Source of the DNA: Takakia lepidozioides | Taxonomy: Eukaryota; Plantae; Bryophyta | Reading direction: 5' to 3' | Length of the DNA stretch: 64,000 nucleotides | NCBI GenBank assembly: GCA_030704615.1 | Contig: CM060734.1 | Coordinates: 5,394,001-5,458,000, forward strand | Shown: positions 47,263 through 57,600 of the stretch, one piece after another | How positions within the stretch are numbered: position 1 is the stretch's first letter | How the letters are laid out: every line of letters starts with the position of its first letter | Made by a program: the position numbers and the translations under genes | Notes under the pieces: model-generated | Seen by the model: only the letters and a program-made list of their open reading frames with translations | What the model was told of the DNA's origin: nothing | Databases searched by the model: none

Positions 47263-49650
47263 TCAACAATCCCCACAAGAACAGACCCCATCATGGAAGT
47301 GGTGAAAGTGGTTGGCATCCCTTACACTAACTACTCGTCCAACAATCTTAGAGATGAACTTGGCGGTGGTGTGGCAATCACCACCCGAAGGTTCTTGATA
47401 ACACGGATAGGCATCCCAGGGGGCGTGCTGATGAGCCCAAAAGCAATGGCCAGCTTCTCACTGTGGTCGAAAAGAGAAGATTCCTTTTGCTCCTCCACCT
47501 CATGCAACCCAATGCGTGTGTCAGGCAAGTATCCAGCCTCTTTCATCTGCCCCAACAATCTCTTCAGCTCAGCATGGATTTCCTCAAGTTGTGGATGCAA
47601 TTTGCCTTCAACACCAAATGTATGCATCATATTGCCCACCTCTATGCAGCTCCACCCAGGTGCCTCTCTAACACCTGCATCCTTCATCATTTTTCTTACC
47701 TTTGCATCATCCTCCCACCTGCCAGCTGCAGCATAGATGTTTGATAGCAGCACATATGCTGCTGCGTCCTGTGGATCACTACTGATAATAGTTTTCGCCA
47801 CACGTTGTGCTAGCTCCACGTCACCACAAATTCTACAGGCACTAAGCAAGGCCATCCACACAGCAGCACCTGGCTTATTTGGCATGTTGTTAATGAAGCC
47901 CTCTGCCCATCCACTCGACCTGCCCGGCCAAGAAGGTCCACCATGCAGCCAAAATGCTCGGCTGTAGGAATGAGGCCATGATCTTGACGCATGGAATCAA
48001 AGTAATGATGGCCTTCATCCACTAGGCCCCCATGGCTACATGCAGAAAGAAGAGATGTGAAGGTCAGACCATCTGGTTTAAGGCCTTCCTCTTGCATTCG
48101 CTCAAATAGTAAGAAGGCCTCCCTACCACACCCATGTTGAGCGTAACCTGCGATCATCGCACTCCATGACACCACATTTCGGTTAGCCATGTTCTCGAAC
48201 ACTTGACGTGCATCCTGCATGCTCCCGCACTTCGCATACATGTCAGCAAGAAGAGCAGTCTCCAGAATGACATCTAGCCTAATTCGAGCTTTGATGATGT
48301 CAGCATGCACCTCTTTGCCCTTTTCCAGAGCTCCTAGGCTGGCATACGCATTGAGAACGCAAATGAATGTGACCCTGTTGGGCATCACTGCTTCATGTTG
48401 CATTTTCTCATACATCTTGAAAGCCTCCCTACCCCAGCCTTGTTTGGCATATCCTGAGATCATTGTGGTCCAGGAGACCACATTTCGTTGAGCCATATTG
48501 TCAAACACTTGATACGCATCCAACATATTCCCACATTTTGCATACATGTCGACAAGTGCAGTCTGCAGAATAAGATCCGGGGTAATACCAGCTTTGCTGA
48601 TGTCCGCATGGACCCCTTTGCCCTTTTCCAGGGCTCCTACAGTGGCACAAGCATTGAGAATGCATGTGAACGTGACCCTGTTGGGCGTCACCCCTGCCCG
48701 TTGCATTTGCTCATAGATTTCAAAAGCCTCTCTAACACACCCATGCTGCGCGTATCCTGAGATCATTGTGCTCCATGATACCACGTTTCGTTGAGCCATA
48801 CTGTTGAACACCTCTTGTGCATCCTTCATGCTCCCACATTTGGCATACATGTCAGCAAGAGTATTCTCCAAATTAATATGTGCCGGAATTCCAGCTCTCA
48901 TGATGTCAGCATGCACCTCTTTCCCCTTCTCCAGGCTTCCTAGGGTGGCACATGCATTGAGAACACAAATGAATGTGACCTTGTTGGGCATCACCCCTTC
49001 ACGTTGCATTTGCTCATAGATATTGAAAGCCTCACCACCGTACCCTTGCTTGGCATATCCTGATATCATCGTATTCCAGGTACACAGATCCCGTTCACAA
49101 ATTTTGTCAAACACTTCACGAGCATCCCCCACACTCCCGCAATTGGCATACATGTTGACAAGGCCATTGAGTAGAGAGACATTTGGCCTGAACCCACTTT
49201 GGATAATGTGGCTGTGCACCAGCTTTCCTCCTGCTAGATCTCTTAGGTTGATGCACTCCTGCAAGACACAGATGTAAGTATTGAAGTCTCCCTGTTGATT
49301 CCAAGTGAGCAGCACCTCTATCAGCCGTCCTGCTTTATATGGTGTTCCCAGATCTGCACAGAAGCCAGAAAAGTTCTTATTGACTCCCTCTGTGGCTTTT
49401 TTCTCAACCGCAATGGTCATGACGGGGGTGCTATCCTTGGCCCAAGCATGATGTCCAACAAACAGGGCCTGATTCGACCCTGCCATCCTGCACGACTAGC
49501 ATCTCTGATGAGTTGCAAACCATTACACTTCAAATGCATTCCTCGTACTTCCATCCGGTCAACATAGTTCAAGGAATGTCTGTGACGAGACGAGACGTTA
49601 CGTTGCAGTTCAAGACGGAAGTCGTCCACGTCCACGGCAACGGCCGCCAT
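47263..49650 (-). pseudogene. PLS-E1-E2-DYW PPR editing-factor pseudogene
   Basis: 558-aa P-L-S array ORF with a frameshift near 47915. HSEKLA is present, a small deletion removes the first Cys of CxxC, and the tail reads [14 protein letters not shown]-stop. Start position uncertain (49486 or 49650). Confidence 0.92.
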
Positions 49651-49859
49651 TAAGGTCGTCCTAGGCGAGAATGTATCCATTTTTGTTGTGGGGGACAGGG
49701 ATAGCTGAAGGAGGTAGTATTGGAGGGTGGGTGCAGATCAATCCGAGCCAACCAAATTTCAGGAAGAAGAGTACCAACGAGATACTGTGGATTGATGGCT
49801 ACAAGAAACTGGCGTGGATAGGTGGTGAACTGGAACCAACAGTAGCAGAGGTGTTTGAA

Positions 49860-51697
49860 TCTGGCACCTCCACCATGACTACTACTTTTGAAAGAAGATC
49901 CAAAGGAGAGGGTCCACACGGACTGTTCTCTCATTCGTGGGGATGTGAGGAGGCTCTCTAAGGCAGGACAACTGAAAAAGGCAATGCAAATTTTGAACCA
50001 AGGGAACATTTCGGTAGACTCCAATACTTATGTGTGTCTCTTGCAGGAGTGCGTCAAGATAAAAGGCTTAGCAGAGGGAAAGCAAGTGCATGCCCACATT
50101 ATTGAAAGTGGAGTTAAGCCAGCATTTTTGTATACAACAGCCTCGTTAACATGTATGCCAAGTGTGGGAGCGTGGTGGATGCACGCCTATTGTTTGACAA
50201 AATGCCTGAACGAGATAGAATTACTTGGAACATAATGATGGCAGGATATGTCAAGCATGGGTGTGGTAGGGAGGCCTTGGAGATATACGAGGAAATGCTA
50301 CGGGAAGGGGTGAGCCCCAACAATGTCACATTCACTTGTGTCCTCAAAGCTTGCGGCAGCCTAGGAGCCCTGGAAAAGGGCAAAGAGGTCCATGCTGATA
50401 TCATCAAAGCCGGAACTGACCCAGATGTCATTCTGGAGACTGCCCTTGCTTCAATGTATGCCAAATGCGGGAGCATGCAGGATGTACGTCGAGTGTTTGA
50501 CAGTATGGCTGAAAGAGATGTGGCCTCATGGAATGCGATGATTGCAGGATATGCTCGGCATGGGTGTGGGAGGGAGGCTTTCGAGATCTATCAGCAAATG
50601 ATAATGATACGGGAAGGCCCGAAGCCGGACGAGCTCACTTGCCTTGGAGCCCTAGAAAAAGGCAAAGAGATTCATGCTGACATCATCAAAGCTGGAGTTG
50701 AGCCAAATATCAATCTGGAGAATACTCTCGTTGACATGTATGCCAAACGTGGGAGCATGAAGGATGCACGTCAAGTTTTTGACAATATGTCTGAGCAAAA
50801 TGTGGTCTCGTGGAGTGCAATGATTGGAGGATATGCTTGCACGGCTGTGGTAGGGAGGCTTTGGAGACCTATGAGCAAATGATGAGCGCCAGGGTGATTC
50901 CCAACCAGGTCACATATGTTTGCGTTCTTAATGCATGTGCCGTCTTGGCAGCCCTCAAAAAGGGCAAAGAGGTCCATGCTGACATCCGATATCATGGCAT
51001 CACCCCTGCAGTGGAGCATTTTGGCTGCATGGTGGACATTCTTGGCCGTGCAGGGCAACTGGGTGAGGCGGAGGACTTAATTAAGAAAATGCCAATGGAA
51101 CCAGGTGCTGCAGTGTGGGGGGCCTTGCTTGGTGCTTGCAGAACTCATGGTGATGTGGTGCGAGCAGAATGGGCTGCAAAATGTCTTCTTAAATGGGATC
51201 CTCAACATGCCTATCCTTATGTGCTGCTATCGAATATCTATGCTGCAGCTGGCAGGTGGGATGATACAGCAAAAGTGAGAAAAATGATGAAGGACCGGGG
51301 TGTCAGGAAAGAGCCTGGTCACTGCTGCATTGAGGTCAACAAACAGGTGCATATATTTCTTGTAGATGACAAATCGCATCCGCAAATCAAGGAAATCCAT
51401 GCTCAGCTGGAGAGATTATCTGGGCAGATAAAGGAGGCCGGGTATGTGCCTGACACGCGCTTTGCATTGCATAATGTGGAGGAGGAGCAAAAGGAATTTT
51501 CTCTTTGTTACCACAGTGAAAAGCTAGCCATTGCTTTTGGGTTGATCAGCACTTGCCCTGGGACGCCTCTTCTTGTCATCAAGAACCTTCGGGTTTGTGG
51601 TGACTGCCATACGGCCACCAAGTTCATCTCAAAGATTGTTGAGCGAGAAATCGTAGTACGGGATACCAATCGTGTGTGGTATGCACTCACCCCGTAA
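49860..51697 (+). pseudogene. PLS-E1-E2-DYW PPR pseudogene, DYW tail replaced by element X
   Basis: Three overlapping ORFs (frameshifts near 50125 and 50840). PG-box-like KEPG, HSEKLA and CGDCH, then DTNR followed by VWYALTP-stop. Confidence 0.92.
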
Positions 51698-54506
51698 GGG
51701 AGTGCATACCAGACCCCTTCATAAGGTTTCTCCCTCTTCAAAGTAGATTCCAAACCCTGGATAGTTATGCCATAGGGGCTGGAAAGGCCTACTTCCTCGC
51801 CTTTCCCTGTTCAAGGACCAATAATTGGGTGTCATGGATCAGCAAACAGGGATAAGAGAACACGAGACAAACCCCTCCAAACAAGTGTAACGCAGGATGG
51901 TAGCAACTTGCTGCCCATCTATACACCATCCTGGTTTTAAGGCCAGTTTTTCCAAAGGTATGATAAGCACATAGCATATTGCATATGCATATTTGCTTAG
52001 TGGTGCTACATAGAGCAAAGCCACTTGTAGAGAGGTATGAAGGCATATGAACCTAAGAGTGTCTAATACAAGGCATCAGCTACAGGATACCATCTAACAT
52101 GAGTAGTGTGCATTGACCGGATCATGTAGAAGGTGTACACATACTCATGCAGGTGGTTTTACTTGGGCCTAGCTCAATATATCAGTATGAAGACAATACT
52201 CAAAAGCACTATGCTTATCTTAAAGACCTCCGTGCTTAATTTCACCAACAAGTTTTTGCTGGAGGACATACCTTATGAAGGTCATTGCTCCATATCTTTG
52301 TCATGGAGGGACCTTCTGCCAGGCCAGAAAAAAACCATGTTAGTATATCAACATGATGAAGAAATAACCAGAAAGGAAAGTGGTAGATGATGTGTACAAG
52401 AACCACCAAGTACACTGGAAAAGGAAGAGTGGGAAGATATTCATGTCAAGACATGGACAAGACCCTACTAGGGTCATTGTCAATTAAAGACATAAACAGC
52501 CCATAAACAGGGCACCATCTAACACTTCCATTCTAGTCATGACTTCCCAATTGATTTCACCCAATCATTCATGATAAAACAGGGTGGGAGGGCGAGGTTT
52601 GTTTATGTACAGGTCATGACAACAAGACAAGCATATAAGCAAACATCTTGTGTACTGAAAAATCATATTGCTGCAGCCTGTCATACCCTTTCCTCGCATC
52701 ATAATTACAACAAGACATGCATTAGAGCAAAACATCTTGTGTATGTGAAGCCAACCTGCAATATTACAGATTCAAGACATGCCCTTCATGCAAACATCTT
52801 GGATATGACAAAATAATTTGCAGCCTACCTTATCAGTATTACCCCAAGACATGCATCATGCAAGGCATCTTGGGCAAGTAAGAACAACCTGCCATATTAC
52901 AGATTCAAGATATGTACACACAAGCATCTTGATGGACCAGCCTGCAGTTTGGGCAAATTCCAAGCATGCAACCAAGTATACCCTCTTAGGCATGACAAAG
53001 CGTATTGCAGCCTCATTCTTTACCATTTGTAATTACCCCAAGACATGCATCATGCAAGGCCCCTTGGGTAGTTAAGAACAGCCTGCCATACTACAGATTC
53101 AAGACATGTATACACAAACATCTTGATGGACCAGCCTGCAGTTTTTCAGTTTCCAAACATGCAACCAAGTAACCCTCTTGGGCATGACAAGACAGATTGC
53201 AGCCTCATTCTATATCATTCATAATTGCCCAACGACATGCATCATGCAAGGCATCTTGGGAATGGAAGAACGGCCTGCCATATTACAGATTCAAGACATG
53301 GACACACAAACATCTTGAGTGCCCGGGACCAAGCCCTCTTGGCCAAAAAATAATCCATACACTGCAGGTAACTGGCCTGATGGCAATACAAGGCTAATAA
53401 TCTTTGGCAAAGGTCCAGTAGAGCTTACCCACTGTTTTCCAAGAAGGCTTATGCCAGGGTTTGCAAATAAACCTCACTATGCTCCATTCCACACCAGACT
53501 CAGGTCTGGAAGAGGCCTGTCAGTGCCTTATGAGGCTGCCATCTTCAAAAATCAGGGCCTCCTCTTCCTTAGAACCTAACAGCCACTGAGGCCTTACCCA
53601 TAAAACTCGCCTCCTCTTTAAGGCCAAAACAGTACCTAGCTTAATAATCCACAGGCACCGCTGTCAAAGATTACAAGACAAGGTAAGGTCCAGATGTTGG
53701 GCTTCAAGAGAAGGCCTGCCAGGCCAAAATGCTCCATCAAAGGCAGCAAAACATAAGTCAAAAGTAAGCATCAGCATGCCAAACCAGGAGCAAGCGGGCC
53801 GAAATCGGGGGTGCAGGCAGCAGCCAGGTCAAGACGCCATACACAATAGGCTCCCTTTGCCCACATCCATATCTGCAAGCTCAAGAGAATTCAAAGCAAG
53901 TAGGGATTCTCACCTGGTCCCATCGCAAGCCCCCACAAAAACCAACAGGTTAGTGAGGATTGTGAAACCCCAGGTGAATCACAGACCCCTACATTTGTCA
54001 TCGATGTCAACTAAGAACCTCAAAAGCGAGAGAGAAAGACATAAAACAAAAAGAACCATAATCACCAAAAGCACCTTTAGCGATTGGGGAAGAGAACTGT
54101 GCGCCATCACCAGCAGCAAACCACCTCCATCAAAGCAAAGGAGAAGTGAAGCATACAAGCACACTTGCTAGGTTTAAGAAGGGAGAGAGACATACTTCCC
54201 CACACAAGCGGCGCTACAAAAATCAAAAGCCAGAGGGAAAGAGACGATGCAATAACAACATTGTCTCCTGTTTGTAAGAAAAGACAAAGCGCCGCAATTG
54301 CGCATCCACATGAGATCGCCCAGCACGGGTACGATGCAGCAAAACGCAGACGCCATAACGCTCTTCCCGCGAGCTCATAAGCACTGCTCGTGCTTCTGAC
54401 AGCGGGAGAGACATCCTAGGGCTCTTGCCCGATTGTTCATCCGTGCAGGATGAATAATCAACACCACATCCTTTAAAACCCGACGGATTTTATCCGTAGC
54501 TAGGTT
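51676..54506. mobile_element. Element X, copy 3 (lacks the last ~630 bp)
   Basis: Matches 15238-18070 inverted; similarity stops at AGCTAGGTT (54506). Confidence 0.82.
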
Positions 54507-54626
54507 GCTTGCTGGGGCTATGGAGCTCAGGACTGTGATGGGCCAGTGTGCAAGCAAGCACCAAGTGTCGGGTTGGGCCGAGGGCAGGCTCTTCAGTGAG
54601 GGAATACGGTAGACAACGGAAGAGAG

Positions 54627-57600
54627 ATGGGTGCTTTGCTCGCATTTACTGCAACCCCGCTGATGGTGCTCCCCATTCGGCCCCTCGCCTTCCGCTCTAG
54701 TCGCAGTGTTCTGGGTCATACTGTCAGCCAGTACTCTCAGGTACATCCCATTACTGTGGTAATCGTTGGTACTTCTGCGTATCTTCGGGTAGTTGCTTTG
54801 TAATTCAGAGCGTGCCAGTCTCGAAGGCCTCATCAATTTCGACGATGCTGGTCACTGGTCTTTGTGTTTAGTATCACCCGACTTTTGGGTTCTTCGGATT
54901 CTTGTTCACGCGCTGAAGAAACAAAAGAAGTTGGTTCGATTTGGCTCCGAAAATGCGACATTCTTTGACAGCAGCTTCTCAGACAGTGTCTACAACATGC
55001 TCACCTCCGCAGCATATCAATTTGAGTGTTTGGTGGATCTGTGTGCTTAGATACTGGAGAATTTCGAGGTATTCAGTTTATACCTTTCTATCGCACCGCC
55101 TCCCTTCTTCCTCCTCCTTTTTGTGTGCTCTTACAACGAGTTATTGGGTTCTTGTGCTTGTGACAGAAGTCAGAGGCGCAACCTCGCAGAATAACTTCTA
55201 ATGTGAAGTACAACCTGCACCTTTTGAAGCTTTTCAAGGTATTACTGCCAACCATCGAAAATAACTTTCTGACAAGCGTCCAGCTTCACGAAGAAGGGTT
55301 CATATCGGTGGCTGCTCTATGGTGTGGAACGGGACACTAGTATAGGCACAGGAGTAGATTGCTTTCTGAAACGTGCATGATTATTGCAAAACTAATCCTT
55401 GTGTATGTATTCCTCTTCCTTGCATCTCTGATGTGTACCACCATAAGAGTCTTGTCTCCGCGTACCTCTCTCTCTTTACCCAGGAATTTCAGAAGAAGGA
55501 AGCAACAACGCCAAGGCCCACCACAAGTTACCGCAGAAAGAAACTGGAAACGCAGGAAGTGCCTGACGATGTTGACGAATATGAGGACCCTACCACCAGA
55601 CTCTATTAGTATGGATTTTAACTTGGGAACCCCTGAATTGGAAAGAAATTACATCTTACATTACATTTAAGAGATATTATGAATGGTGCAAGTCCATGAA
55701 CTATGAGAGCTTTTGAGGCTAGGAGTTATAAGATCTTGTCTATAATGTTGATAGAGAAAAGTAGCTCTGGCATTATGGGCTCACATGCCCGCCCTTGACT
55801 TGAAAGGAGGTGGCAGACTGCATAGCTGTGCCCAAGGTCTTTGTACATGTCTCCGTAGATTGGGAAGTGCACCTACTGACACCAGAGACAGAAGTTCCAT
55901 TCAGAGTGGCTGAACATCTTTTTATGTGTTGGACAGTACAATTGATGGGTTTGAGCTAGCGAGGCCAGTGCTGTTGGTGGATGGTTACAATATGTGTGGC
56001 TTTTGGCCTAAGTTGAAGAAGCACTTTGCACGCGGCCATCTAGAGGAGGCCCGCCATAAGCTCATGGAGGAGCTTGTCACCTTCACTTGTCTTAAAGGTT
56101 GCAGTCCCAACTGAAAGTGAAGGCCTATGCTTGCAATTACAAATGTGTTGTAGATATATAAAACAATGATGGCATGTGGCTATTTCGAAAGATTGACCAC
56201 ATTTGGAAGACAGGTGCTGTTTGGGTGATGATTGGAGTGTTCACTTACATTCCGATGATGAAGTTCCAGTAGCAGGGGTTGATGACTTGATGGCTTATTG
56301 CTTTAGGACACAGACGTCAGCTTGGGAGCACGTGCTGTTGGCCCCTGCACCCTGATAATTGAGTGGGATGCAAGACAGCATCTACATGGTTTATAGAACA
56401 AGGTGTCATGATTGGGCTTGTTTTGGCATGAAGTTTCTGAGGTGGTTGCGGTTTTCATAAACTCATCCATATTTTTATGCTGGCGGCGTCTGCTTTGCAG
56501 GGGTAAAAGTAGTGGTGGTTTTTGATGCAACCCTCTCCGGGTTGTCTACACATAAAGAAGCTTTCTGCAAGTAAGTGGGCTTCACTCATTTATAGGCTCT
56601 TAACAAGAACAGTGAAAAAAAGCTGTTGTTCAATCAATGCTACTATGTGTATGTCATGGTAATGGGTGTATCTCACTCATCTTGTTGCTCATTTTTGTTA
56701 CATGCCCTTCTCAAACCAGGTGCACTTGCCTGGCAAGCAAGGGTGTCTTTTATATGATCATCTACGTAATAAATGACTTTCTCACTCTTACAGTGTCTGA
56801 CATTCAGCATCTTGATAGTACTCAGCTGCCAGTTAATTAAGTGATGGCCTTTACAGCTCAATGCTCCAACAAAGCCATAAATAAGTGGAAAGTTAGGAGC
56901 AGGCCTGATAATGCGCTTCATAGCCAGCTTAACCCAAGAGCTCTGGGTCTCATATACAGGTAGGATGGTAGGAGATTTGCGCTGGGTGTGAGCAACTTTC
57001 GCTAGTTAATTTAAGTAACTTGTCCACAGCGATGTGGTTTGGGAGGGCTTGTCCTTGGCAGTGTGGATGTGATTTACGCAGCCAGTGTTGATTCAGACTC
57101 ATGGATTGAAAGGGAGGCAAGTATTGTTGCTCATAGGAATCCTTGACATAAAGTTGTACTCTCTGAATTCAAGGCTTGGGAGTCAGGGTCATCATGCTAG
57201 TGGAACTTCTGTCCTTATTTTACTTCGACTGAAAGGTGTATTTGAACCAAATGTTGTTGCCCCCTTGATGCGGGGACCGGTTGCCCATGTAGCACATCGG
57301 CTCTTGGGTGCTCTCACTGCATCATTGTCTTGTCCTTTCCAATGTCCAGACACGTAGAGTGGGTTCATCTTGCTTTGATGTCTGACTAATATCCCAGCTG
57401 GTCAAGTCACTCTGAAGAAAGGAGGCAGAACTTCATCAATATTAGTATACTAGAATTTTGCAACCTGTGGACTGTTGGGAAACCACTGGCGTGTGGTCGG
57501 GCTAGGGATTGAACCTAGGACCTCCCCCATTCCGGTGAGGTGCTCTACCACTGAGCTACCCGTCCCGTTCTGTTCTCAAAGTGCCGTGCAAGGGCTATAA

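Noticed and set aside
51300-51697. U-to-C (DYW:KP-type) editing domain
   Set aside because: Motifs are canonical C-to-U type (PG-like box, HSEKLA, CGDCH); the odd ending comes from a TE.
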